From contig NZ_OZ244138.1 of the NCBI RefSeq assembly GCF_965216085.1, forward strand, positions 5,121,377 to 5,185,376: 64,000 nucleotides of DNA, written 5' to 3'. The position numbers and the translations under genes were made by a program. Below are positions 55,580 through 64,000 of this stretch, piece after piece (the stretch's first letter is position 1; every line of letters starts with the position of its first letter). Under the pieces are notes generated by a model that saw only the letters and a list, made by a program, of their open reading frames with translations, was not told the origin of the DNA and did no database searches. The stretch is from Roseibium sp. Its GTDB lineage: Bacteria > Pseudomonadota > Alphaproteobacteria > Rhizobiales > Stappiaceae.

Positions 55580-55945
55580 GTGACCCGCTTTATCAAGAAC
55601 TTGATCTTGCTTGCCATCGCGGTTGTCCTCGTACCATTGTCGGTCGCGAACCGGCATACGGTGTCGTTGTCGCTCAATCCGTTCGACCCGCAGGATCCAC
55701 GCCTGACAGTCCCCGATATTCCGCTTTTCTGGATCATTTTCGCCAGCCTCGGCTGCGGTATTATTGTCGGTGGCATCGGCGCCTGGGCCAAACAGGGGCG
55801 CTGGCGCAAGGAAGCCCGGTCCAAACGCCGGGAAGCCGACAAATGGCACAAGGAAGCAGACCAGCTTCGGGAAATGAATACAGCTGGACAATCCGCCTCG
55901 ACCGCCAAGGGATTACCTGGACCGAGCAACCGCAACGCTGCGTGA
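55580..55945 (+). CDS. LapA-domain (DUF1049) inner membrane protein
   Basis: Two TM helices and a basic coiled tail. It sits in the conserved position downstream of ihfB. The start is GTG. Confidence 0.55.
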   Translation: MTRFIKNLILLAIAVVLVPLSVANRHTVSLSLNPFDPQDPRLTVPDIPLFWIIFASLGCGIIVGGIGAWAKQGRWRKEARSKRREADKWHKEADQLREMNTAGQSASTAKGLPGPSNRNAA

Positions 55946-55962
55946 TCTAAGGTCACGGCTTT

Positions 55963-56871
55963 ATGCGGATAATTTCCAGCGGTGACATAGATACCAGCCT
56001 GACCGACCGGGACGCGGTCGAAATCCTGCGGCAGGCCTATCGGTCACCGGTGAAGGCTCCAGACCCCATAAACTTAAACATTCCCCGGCCGCAGAACCTA
56101 GCGGGCCGGTTTCTCGTGCAGCCGGCTTGGTCCGATTTTGCCGGTCAAGGACACACCGACCGCGGGTATATCGGTTGTTCCCTGTCGCTTGCCCTTCCCG
56201 AACAAGAAGGCGGCTCGTCAAATCTCTATGTTCTGTTTTCCGGCAAGGGCGGACAGCCGATTGCGCTGCTGGACGGCGTCCGGCTCGCCGCTTGGCGCGA
56301 TGCCGGCCTTCATGCGCTTGCGGCTGCCTATCTGTCGCGGGAGGATGCGCAGCGCCTTTTGATTGTTGGCAGCGATCCCCGCCTCCCCCGGCTTCTGGCC
56401 GCCTACTCTGCCGTCCGCAATATCACGTCGGTCCTGTTTGCCGGGACAGACAAAGAAATTCGCCGGCGGATTGCTGGCATGCCGGACCTTGCGCAGATCA
56501 CGGCCCGCACAACAGACGATGTTGACAGTGCTCTTGAAGGAGCGGACATCGTTTGCCTTGCGGGAAAAAATGCAGGTACGAACGAATGGGCGGACCTTTC
56601 GAGATTTGATCCACCAGCGGGCTGTCATATCGACACCCTTTTCGCTGACCCTCCGCTGCCCGAGATGATTTGGCAGGATGCACGGCTGTTTACGACCAAC
56701 CTGGGGAGTGTTCCCCGTGAAGACTGCGAATGGACGGCAGGGTTAACCGAGCTTGCAATGGGGGAGCGGGCGGGACGCCGTTATTACGGTCAAAGAACGC
56801 TCTATGTTCCAGGCAATGAGACCGGACTCGCCGACTTCGCGCTTGCTGCACACGTTTTCTTGAAAAGCTGA
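55963..56871 (+). CDS. ornithine cyclodeaminase/mu-crystallin family protein (tentative)
   Basis: The N-terminal pattern is MRIISSGDIDTSL...AVEILRQAY. A Rossmann-like LLIVGSDPRLPRLLAAYSAVRNI lies at the expected distance. Confidence 0.45.
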   Translation: MRIISSGDIDTSLTDRDAVEILRQAYRSPVKAPDPINLNIPRPQNLAGRFLVQPAWSDFAGQGHTDRGYIGCSLSLALPEQEGGSSNLYVLFSGKGGQPIALLDGVRLAAWRDAGLHALAAAYLSREDAQRLLIVGSDPRLPRLLAAYSAVRNITSVLFAGTDKEIRRRIAGMPDLAQITARTTDDVDSALEGADIVCLAGKNAGTNEWADLSRFDPPAGCHIDTLFADPPLPEMIWQDARLFTTNLGSVPREDCEWTAGLTELAMGERAGRRYYGQRTLYVPGNETGLADFALAAHVFLKS

Positions 56872-57108
56872 CATCTGGACTTCGAAGAGCCGATTACCCA
56901 CCTAAAGTCGTACCCGGGAGCGTTTTAATAAAACCGCCGCCCAGGTGCTTACACATGCGCATTTGGGCTGATGCTGCAGCAAATTGTCGTTTCGCAAAGG
57001 AGCAGGACATGCTGACGACACTTGCCTATTCAGCAAGCCTTCCAGCGATCGCAATCAGCTTGATTGTTTTCGTGTCTTTGACATACGGGCTTGTTTTTTA
57101 AGTGTTTC

Positions 57109-57140
57109 AAAAGCCGGTTCTTAAGGAACCGGCTTTTTCG
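57109..57140. terminator. bidirectional rho-independent terminator
   Basis: aaagccggttc-ttaag-gaaccggcttt forms a stem flanked by A- and T-runs, between convergent genes. Confidence 0.5.
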
Positions 57141-57158
57141 TTACCCAGAACCAATTTC

Positions 57159-57547
57159 TTAAGCTGGTGTCATCCAGCCCTGTGCAGCGCCGCTGGAATC
57201 CTTTAACAAGGCGATCCGGCCAATACCTGGGACATCAAACGGCGGACGGACAATTTCGGCGCCATTTTCCTTTGCCAGAGCAAGACGGCCGTCAATGTTG
57301 TCGACGGCAATATAAGAAAACCAATGGTCGGGAAGACCTTCGTAATCCGGCCCATTCATCTCAAAAATCCACACGCCGGTTTTTCACCTGGTTTGGCGAT
57401 AAAATATGTCCCGCCGCTGTCCATCGGCATTTCGGCAAAAGTCCAACCGAGCGACTTGCCATAAAATTCCTTGGCCTTTTCGACGTCCCGGGTCATCAAT
57501 TCATTCCACCAAAAATACCCATGTTTCCACATAACATTCCCTTCCAC
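57159..57547 (-). pseudogene. VOC (glyoxalase/bleomycin-resistance fold) family gene with a 1-nt frameshift
   Basis: The N-terminal part ...TYFIAKPGEKPACGFLR* and the C-terminal part WIFEMNGPDYEGLPDHWFSYIAVDNIDG...VPGIGRIALLKD lie in adjacent frames. They join near 57365-57375 and together give a full-length VOC protein. Confidence 0.6.
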
Positions 57548-57619
57548 AAACGCTTATGCTTTAAACACCACAACCTTAGCATCTTTTGAGTGTGTTTACA
57601 TGTGCAGCACACGCAGTTA

Positions 57620-58228
57620 CTAAGCTTTGCCCTGCCCATAACCGGGCAACGTCCAGCCATAATGGATCGCACCACCTCTCAGGATAAATGCTATGCCTCC
57701 GGCGAGGACTGCGGCCGCCCAGGGCGCAATTCCAAACTGCGTAAAAAGGACATAACTCCCGGCGCCAGCAAACGCTGCGCTGACATAAATCTCCGATTTG
57801 ACGATCGAAGACGGCTCTCTGGCGATAGTATCCCGCAACACGCCGCCAAATGTGGCTGTCGCCACGCCCATTAAGACCGCAACCAGCACCGCATCACCCA
57901 CACTGATCGCCTTGGCCGCCCCCATTACAGAATAGGCTGAAATCCCGACTGCATCTGCCCAGCGCAGTGGTTTGCTGAGTTTTTCGATCTTGTTGGCGAA
58001 GAACCAGACCAGCACGCTGACGATCAGACAGACAACGAGGTATGTTTCGTTGACCACCCAAAAAACTGGCACGCCCAGAAGCAAATCACGAAGGGTGCCC
58101 CCGCCAATCCCGGTCAACGTTGCAAAAAACAAAAAAGCAATAATATCCAGCTGCTTGCGGGATGCCATGATTCCGCCGGTCACCGCAAAAACAGCAACAC
58201 CGAGATAGTCCAGCAGCTGCAGCAACAT
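57620..58228 (-). CDS. trimeric intracellular cation channel (TRIC/UPF0126, YadS-like) family membrane protein
   Basis: Two UPF0126 repeats with GVAVFAVTGG...TGIGGGTLRDLLLG and ...ATFGGVLRD. The start is uncertain (58228, or 58285 for the longest ORF). Confidence 0.7.
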   Translation of the reverse strand: MLLQLLDYLGVAVFAVTGGIMASRKQLDIIAFLFFATLTGIGGGTLRDLLLGVPVFWVVNETYLVVCLIVSVLVWFFANKIEKLSKPLRWADAVGISAYSVMGAAKAISVGDAVLVAVLMGVATATFGGVLRDTIAREPSSIVKSEIYVSAAFAGAGSYVLFTQFGIAPWAAAVLAGGIAFILRGGAIHYGWTLPGYGQGKA

Positions 58229-58307
58229 GGATAGAGCCTTTTCCAAAACAAAGAACCGCCCCTCATTTCCGGAAGGGCGGCTCAATTCAATCTAGTACAA
58301 GACGCTA

Positions 58308-58967
58308 TTAAGCGCTCTTGTCGACCGTCTGGCCCGCATCTGCCGGAGCATCGGGTTTTGGAGCTTCCTTCGGCCCGCCCTTGGAGACGCCGACCATGGC
58401 CGGACGCAAAACCCGCTCGCCAATGACGTAGCCAGCTTGTACGACCTGAACGACTGTGTTGTTCGGAACCTCAGTGTTCGGCACTTCAAACATGGCCTGG
58501 TGGAAGTTCGGGTCGAACTTGCTGCCTTCCGGGTCCAGCTTGCTGACGCCGTTCTTCTCAAGCTGTTTCAAGAGATCTCGTTCGATCATCTCAACGCCAT
58601 CGATCAATGCGGCAATCCCCGCATCGGCGTTCTTCCGATCGTCTTCCGGAAGGGCTTCCAGAGCCCGGCGGAGATTGTCGGAAACGGTCAGCATGTCCCG
58701 CGCAAAGCTGGAGACAGCATATTGGCGTGCATCTTTGACTTCTTTTTCTGTCCGGCGGCGCAGGTTTTCCATTTCCGCCATGGTACGCAGCGCCCGGTCC
58801 TTCAAGTCTGCGTTTTCGGCCATCAGGGCCTCTACCGGATCAGCCGCATTTTCTTCTGGAGCCGCGCCAGCGTCATTGGCGCCTTCCGGTTCCGCGGTCT
58901 GTGCTTCCGGCTGTTCTTCCGGGGATTTGTTTTCGTCGCTCATAGGTGTTCCGTCTGACTGAGACAC
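58308..58967 (-). CDS. grpE: nucleotide exchange factor GrpE
   Basis: An acidic N-terminus is followed by [38 protein letters not shown] and [23 protein letters not shown]. Confidence 0.9.
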   Translation of the reverse strand: MSQSDGTPMSDENKSPEEQPEAQTAEPEGANDAGAAPEENAADPVEALMAENADLKDRALRTMAEMENLRRRTEKEVKDARQYAVSSFARDMLTVSDNLRRALEALPEDDRKNADAGIAALIDGVEMIERDLLKQLEKNGVSKLDPEGSKFDPNFHQAMFEVPNTEVPNNTVVQVVQAGYVIGERVLRPAMVGVSKGGPKEAPKPDAPADAGQTVDKSA

Positions 58968-59094
58968 TTCTTGCGGATGCTTATACGTGCGCGCCCGGCG
59001 AATTCAAAGAGGAACCGGCGGATCGCATCACGCAAATCCGCCGGTTCCGCATTTTCTTCACCTACTGCGCTCAGCGGCAATCGCGTCTTCGGCC

Positions 59095-59415
59095 TTAAAG
59101 GGCGCTTTTGATCCAATCAGAGAGCTTGCCTTTCGGCGCGGCACCAACCTGGGTTGCCATCGGCTCGCCACCTTTAAAGAGGATCAGCATCGGAATGGAC
59201 CGAACGCCATATTTCATGGCCATGTCCTGGTTCTCATCAATGTTCAACTTGGTGATTTTCACCTGGCCGTTCATCTCTTCGGAGATTTCTTCCAGAGCCG
59301 GGGCGATCATTTTACATGGACCGCACCACTCAGCCCAGAAGTCGACAACAACAGGCTCATCGGAGTTCAGAACATCAGCTTCGAAGGAAGCATCGGTGAC
59401 TTGGGTGGTAGCCAT
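59095..59415 (-). CDS. trxA: thioredoxin
   Basis: [18 protein letters not shown] contains the WCGPC active site. The protein is 106 aa. Confidence 0.92.
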   Translation of the reverse strand: MATTQVTDASFEADVLNSDEPVVVDFWAEWCGPCKMIAPALEEISEEMNGQVKITKLNIDENQDMAMKYGVRSIPMLILFKGGEPMATQVGAAPKGKLSDWIKSAL

Positions 59416-59500
59416 TACAACATCTCGTGGTTGGTTGCTTCACACATACCCAATGAAGGTATGCCAGTTGGGAGGAACGTAGGTAGCCGGAGCGCCTGCG

Positions 59501-62500
59501 TCAAGCGGATCGGCCATCAGGTGACAAACCTGCGAATGTTTCCTCAAGCAAATTTTCCGGAATCTCCATCAAGCTCGGAGCTGAGGTCCAAAGCAGATAC
59601 GCGCTGATGCGCTTTTCAGGATAAATCTGTTTCAGCAACTGCCTGTAAACACAGAGCTGCGCCCGGTACTCCAAAGGGATTTCAGCTGCAGTCTCCGGCG
59701 GACGGAGGTTGGTCTTGTAATCCACAATCACAACTTCGTTTTCATCCACAATCAGCCGGTCGATTTGTCCAGAAACTTCGACTTCTGTGCCGTCATGCGC
59801 GCGAATCGTTCCCGTCAATGACACTTCGGCGCGCGCGTTTTGTGAAAACACAGACACGAAGGACGGATTTTCCAGAACCTCCTTCAGCTCCGTCAGCAAC
59901 GGCTCCTTGAAGGAGATAAATTCTGGTTTGAGGGACTGATCGAGGAACTGTCTGGCGGCTGTCATGCGCTCACCATCCGGCAGATTTGGCAACAGCTCCA
60001 AGAGACGGTGCACCAAACGGCCACGCTCCAGCGGCCAGGAGTCTGGCTGACGGCCTGCGGAAAGCCGAGCAAGTGCAGATACAGGTTCAACACCTTCTTT
60101 GTCTTCCATCGTCTCAAAGGCGCGGGACGGCTGGAGACGGGTCTTCTTTGGCACAGGTTTGACCGGTTGATGCGCCCAATCCGGCAAGTTCAGATCCTCG
60201 TCTGAACCGTCATTATTTTCAGTGCCGTGTGCTCCGCGCCCTTGGGGTGCACCGGCGCTGTCAGGATCCTTTTGCCAGCGCCATCCGGTGACTTCGCCTG
60301 CTGCATTCGTCAATTCACGGGCCTGCGGTTTCAAAGCACTGGAAACAAGAGAATACCAGCAGTCGTCATGGGCCCCGCGTTTCGGTTCCCAGCCGCAGAC
60401 GACCAGCCGGTCCTCAGCCCGAGTCAGGGCGACATAAAGGAGGCGCCGGTATTCTTCTTCCTGCCCTTGCCGGAGCGTATCGACCGCTTCATCGTGCCAG
60501 GCGATCCGCCCGGTTTTTGGCGGCAGCCAGACAAGCGCTGGCGGCAGCAGATCATTTTGAAGACGCGCTCGCGGTAAAAACGCTGGATCGTGGATTGCAC
60601 TGACTGGCGCTGCCCCAGGGTCCACCAATATAACAATCCGCGCCTCCAGGCCTTTTGACCCATGCACGGTCATGATCCGGACCATGCCCTTGGTGTTGGT
60701 CAGCTCGCGCTTGATCTCCGTTGGCGCTGCCGCCATCCAGGCTAGGAACCCTTCCAGTCCTGGTGTCCCGGCTTGTTCGTAGGCAATGGTCAGCGCAAGA
60801 AATTCATCCAGCACGTCGTCGACTTCGACGCCAAGTCTGCGCCGAAACGCCTGGCGTCCATCATCTGCGCCCAGTAGCCGGGCATAAAACTCATAAGGCG
60901 GCACAAAGTCGGCCCGGGCGCGCCAGTCTTCCAACTGACCGCGCACGGTTTGCCACTTCAGTGACGTCTCGGACCGTTTGACCAGCATCTGCCACAGCGT
61001 GCCCAGCCGGATTTTCTCGTCTGTCTCGCGGGCAACTTCCAGAAGATCGGTATCGTTGAGGTCAAACAGAGGGCTTTTCAGAACCGCAGCAAGGGACAGA
61101 TCGTCCTCCGGCAGCAATAAAAACCGGCCGAGTGCGGCAAGATCCTGAACTGCGATGTGATCGGTCAAGATGAGACGGTCAGAGCCTGCCGCCGGAATGT
61201 TGAGGTTTTTCAGCTCCCGGTTCAGCGCTTCGACAAAAGGGCCCCGCTTGCGCACCAGGATCATTACATCGCCGGGATCTGCGGTTCCCTCCCGCATCCA
61301 TCCGGCGATGGTTGACGCGATCCGCTTGGCAACCTTCAACATCGGACTGCCGGAGCCGACATGATCCACCGGTAACCGCCAATCGTCCGGCTCGGTTATC
61401 TCGGCTTCAGCTTCCAGTGGCCAAATGTCGACAATGCCAGGATCCCGGCGGATAGCCTCGTGCACCGGCGCCACGCCCTCCTGAGACAGCCCTTGATAGG
61501 CGTTCGCGTCTTTGAAGACCTCATCAACCGCGCCAAGAACATCCGGCGTGGAGCGAAAAGAAAGCTGCAGGTTGACCGAATGGAATTCCTGTTCCGCCCG
61601 TTCTGCCTGCCCGGAAAACGCCCGCCGCATGGCATCGAAATAGGCCGGAACTGCGCCCTGGAATGAATAGATCGACTGTTTTTCGTCGCCGACGGCAAAG
61701 AGAGTGCGCACTTTCTCCCGTCCGCTGTCGCCGACGAAGAACTCGGAGGCCAGCGCGTTGACCACCTCCCATTGGCGTGGGCTGGTGTCCTGCGCCTCAT
61801 CAACAAGAATATGATCAAGCCCCTGATCAAGCTTGTACTGCACCCATTGCGCGGCATCGGACTTGGCCAGCAGTGTTGCCGTCTTGACCACCAAGTCTTC
61901 AAAATCAAGATAACCCTTGGCTGTCTTTGCTCGCTCGTAATCGGTGATGACGGCGTCGGCGAGCCTTAGTAGCGAAGCCGTTCCTTCATAAGTCAGCACC
62001 TTGCGGCGGCCGTCCAGAAGATCGAGCAGACGGCCCTGTTCGGCAATCAACGCCTCCACCATCTCAGGGAAGGCTTCAGCCACTTTCTTGGTCGCCAGCG
62101 ATTTGCGCGGCTCCAATTTTCCGGTCAGGAACACCGGTAGCCAGGCCTCCCGGAAAACATCTGGATCAGTTTGCCGGTTTGCGGCCACCAACGCATCCGC
62201 TCTGCCCTGATCGGTCTTGGTGCCGGTGTTCAACGCTTCGGCGTAACTCAGGCAGATGTTCAGATCGAACGGGCATTCGGCCCGGAACCGGTGATCAAAA
62301 TCAGAGAGCTGCAGTTTGGGATCAACGTTGAGATCCTCCGCGAGCTCGGCAAGGGCTGGCTCCAAACCTCCGGCATCCACCGTCCAGCGGCGGAACGCAT
62401 CCCGGTTTTGAATGAGTTCATCAAGAGCCTTCTGCGCCCCGCCATCACTCATCAGATCAATGACAGCAGCAAGCGCCGCGCCGAAGAGGCTATCCGGCTC

Positions 62501-63016
62501 CATTTCGGCCTTATGCAAGACGCTGGCGCGCGCTTCGGCCATTAGCTCGGCAGCAATGCGGTCATCGAGCACATTGAAGTGGCCGGCGACATTAGCCTCC
62601 AGCGGAAACTGATGCAGCAGCGCTTCACAAAAACCGTGGATGGTCTGGATTTTAAGGCCGCCAGGTGTTTCGAGCGCCCGGGCAAACAGGCGCCGGGTCA
62701 TTGCGATCCGGGCGGTGTCCGGTTGCCGGCCTTCGATCTCGAAAAGCTCCTTGGCAAGATCCACGTCGTCCATGGTCACCCAGGTACCGAGGATCTTGAA
62801 GACACGGGTCGCCATTTCAGCGGCCGCCGCCTTGGTGAAGGTCAGGGCCAGAATGCGCGAGGGATCTGTGCCATCCAGCAACAATCGCACTACCCGGCGC
62901 GACAGAACGAAGGTTTTGCCGGAACCCGCATTTGCGCTCACCCAGGCCGAGGCGCGCGGGCGGGAGGCGAGGTCTTGCCGCTGGCGCGTCAAATCCGGGA
63001 TCTGAAATCCGCTCAT
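59501..63016 (-). CDS. addA: double-strand break repair helicase AddA
   Basis: UvrD-type helicase motifs (ANAGSGKTFVL, VDEAQDTSP) with a C-terminal PD-(D/E)xK nuclease (VDYKT). ATG 63016 overlaps the addB stop (ATGA). It sits in the alphaproteobacterial addB-addA-trxA arrangement. Confidence 0.9.
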   Translation of the reverse strand: MSGFQIPDLTRQRQDLASRPRASAWVSANAGSGKTFVLSRRVVRLLLDGTDPSRILALTFTKAAAAEMATRVFKILGTWVTMDDVDLAKELFEIEGRQPDTARIAMTRRLFARALETPGGLKIQTIHGFCEALLHQFPLEANVAGHFNVLDDRIAAELMAEARASVLHKAEMEPDSLFGAALAAVIDLMSDGGAQKALDELIQNRDAFRRWTVDAGGLEPALAELAEDLNVDPKLQLSDFDHRFRAECPFDLNICLSYAEALNTGTKTDQGRADALVAANRQTDPDVFREAWLPVFLTGKLEPRKSLATKKVAEAFPEMVEALIAEQGRLLDLLDGRRKVLTYEGTASLLRLADAVITDYERAKTAKGYLDFEDLVVKTATLLAKSDAAQWVQYKLDQGLDHILVDEAQDTSPRQWEVVNALASEFFVGDSGREKVRTLFAVGDEKQSIYSFQGAVPAYFDAMRRAFSGQAERAEQEFHSVNLQLSFRSTPDVLGAVDEVFKDANAYQGLSQEGVAPVHEAIRRDPGIVDIWPLEAEAEITEPDDWRLPVDHVGSGSPMLKVAKRIASTIAGWMREGTADPGDVMILVRKRGPFVEALNRELKNLNIPAAGSDRLILTDHIAVQDLAALGRFLLLPEDDLSLAAVLKSPLFDLNDTDLLEVARETDEKIRLGTLWQMLVKRSETSLKWQTVRGQLEDWRARADFVPPYEFYARLLGADDGRQAFRRRLGVEVDDVLDEFLALTIAYEQAGTPGLEGFLAWMAAAPTEIKRELTNTKGMVRIMTVHGSKGLEARIVILVDPGAAPVSAIHDPAFLPRARLQNDLLPPALVWLPPKTGRIAWHDEAVDTLRQGQEEEYRRLLYVALTRAEDRLVVCGWEPKRGAHDDCWYSLVSSALKPQARELTNAAGEVTGWRWQKDPDSAGAPQGRGAHGTENNDGSDEDLNLPDWAHQPVKPVPKKTRLQPSRAFETMEDKEGVEPVSALARLSAGRQPDSWPLERGRLVHRLLELLPNLPDGERMTAARQFLDQSLKPEFISFKEPLLTELKEVLENPSFVSVFSQNARAEVSLTGTIRAHDGTEVEVSGQIDRLIVDENEVVIVDYKTNLRPPETAAEIPLEYRAQLCVYRQLLKQIYPEKRISAYLLWTSAPSLMEIPENLLEETFAGLSPDGRSA

Positions 63017-64000
63017 GCCGGATCCTCCCCGCCAAGCGCCCATTCCTGGGCACGTGCTAAGTGATCATAGGGCCCGTCCATTTGCCGGCCCTGCATCACC
63101 CGGGCGCGGGAGAGATACCCAGTTTCTTCCTTGGCATAATGGGCGATGAGCTGCTCCAGACGCTGCCAGGCATCCTCTATGAGATCTTCGAGGGAGGTAT
63201 CCTTCGGGTTCCGGCCGACTTCCAGAAGCGGCTCCGTTCCACCTTTGAGCTGCAGATAGAGAAGATCGCCTATTGGCTCTCCAGCAGGAACATCCTTGAA
63301 ACCTCCGCGCTGGATCATGGCAGCTTCCAGCGGCAGCTGGGGCGATAGCAGAGCATCCACTTGCTTCTGCGACGGCACCTGCCCGGTCTTGTAGTCAATC
63401 ACGGCCAAAGACCCGGAGGTCATCAGATCGATCCGGTCAGCCCGCCCGCGCAGACGGAAATCAAGCCCCGGAAGCTTCAATTCGACCCCTCCGCCGATTT
63501 CCAGAAAGCGCTTGTCGATCTGTGGCGCCCTGTTTGCCTCATAGGCGACAAACCCAGCTGCAATCCGCTGGAAACGCGGCCACCAAAGAGCCCTAATCGC
63601 AGGAAAAGCGTCCAGCGGCTTAAACAGTTCCTCGCCAATTTCCAACAGAGCCTGCACCGCCGTATCGTCAAACGGCCCTGTCCAAGTGGACAAGAACTCG
63701 GCCAGCGCATCATGAATGAGATTGCCCTTATCGGCCGCGCCCGGCTCACCTCCAACCGGGTCGACTGGCTGAAGTTCAAGCGAATGGCGGGCAAAAATGG
63801 CGTAGGGATCGCGCACAAGGCGTTCGATTTCCGTAATAGAAAGCGACTTTGGCCGCGCTGCTAACGGTGGTTTGGGAGAAGGCCGTACTGCCGGGCGGAC
63901 CTCCCCTGCTTGCCGGTCCAAAAGGGCCGCAAGTTTTGTGTACCGGTTGCCCCGCCCTTCCATGTCAGATGTTGTTTCCGGGCCTGCCAGTGTCGTCAGC
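63013..64000 (-). CDS. addB: double-strand break repair protein AddB, C-terminal part (gene continues beyond the window)
   Basis: The frame is open to the window edge. It has a C-terminal PD-(D/E)xK nuclease block (RGRADRIDL...VIDYKTG). It lies immediately upstream of addA and is translationally coupled to it. Confidence 0.85.
   Translation of the reverse strand, partial: LTTLAGPETTSDMEGRGNRYTKLAALLDRQAGEVRPAVRPSPKPPLAARPKSLSITEIERLVRDPYAIFARHSLELQPVDPVGGEPGAADKGNLIHDALAEFLSTWTGPFDDTAVQALLEIGEELFKPLDAFPAIRALWWPRFQRIAAGFVAYEANRAPQIDKRFLEIGGGVELKLPGLDFRLRGRADRIDLMTSGSLAVIDYKTGQVPSQKQVDALLSPQLPLEAAMIQRGGFKDVPAGEPIGDLLYLQLKGGTEPLLEVGRNPKDTSLEDLIEDAWQRLEQLIAHYAKEETGYLSRARVMQGRQMDGPYDHLARAQEWALGGEDPA

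Noticed and set aside
57009-57125. Small hydrophobic peptide ORF with an AAGGAG RBS between the OCD-like gene and the terminator
   Set aside because: On careful re-reading the frame gives MLTTLAYSASLPAIAISFDCFRVFDIRACFLSVSKAGS, which runs into the terminator hairpin. It is not a convincing membrane peptide and has no support beyond the RBS.

Overview
This is an alphaproteobacterial chromosomal window. Ordinary core genes sit on both sides: a haem-sensor MCP, ugpBAEC and yqaA on the left, and FYDLN-aroA-cmk-rpsA, sppA-ihfB-lapA, grpE and trxA-addA-addB on the right. Between them lies a roughly 32 kb horizontally acquired island, from about 13.8/14.24 kb to 46.2 kb, ending at the 3' end of tRNA-Ala(GGC). 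The island looks like a decaying mobilisable element. It carries MobC plus a relaxase, ArdA, a VirD4/TraG-like coupling ATPase, and a large serine recombinase broken by two in-frame stops. No mating-pore genes are present.

The cargo most worth a second look:
- **Candidate defence locus (20.0-25.0 kb):** three minus-strand genes encoding an Mrr-nuclease/STAND NTPase, a 65-aa ORF and a Rad50/SMC-like ATPase with a CPLC zinc hook. The logic resembles Lamassu but the parts are non-canonical.
- **Possible structured RNA (25.16-25.63 kb):** an ORF-free, hairpin-dense, degenerately repeated segment of about 470 nt.
- **Orphan metabolic cluster (26.2-36.8 kb):** ten convergent genes that look AT-richer than the flanks. 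They encode a GTP cyclohydrolase II-like enzyme, a RibD_C reductase, a Rieske protein, a haem-oxygenase-like diiron enzyme, a nitroreductase-like protein, a TPR/ferritin-like protein, a nucleotidyltransferase, a glucokinase-like kinase and an acetate-kinase/PEP-swivel fusion.
- **IS3-family insertion:** 1321 bp with an intact 4-bp target duplication.
- **Transfer-side operon:** the coupling ATPase is followed by a Rubisco-activase-like AAA+ protein and four unknown ORFs.

Four in-frame nonsense codons, and no frameshifts, inactivate plus-strand mobility or regulatory genes of the island. Each is one C-to-T change from the expected sense codon. All family assignments come from reading motifs in the translations by eye. 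No database search was run.
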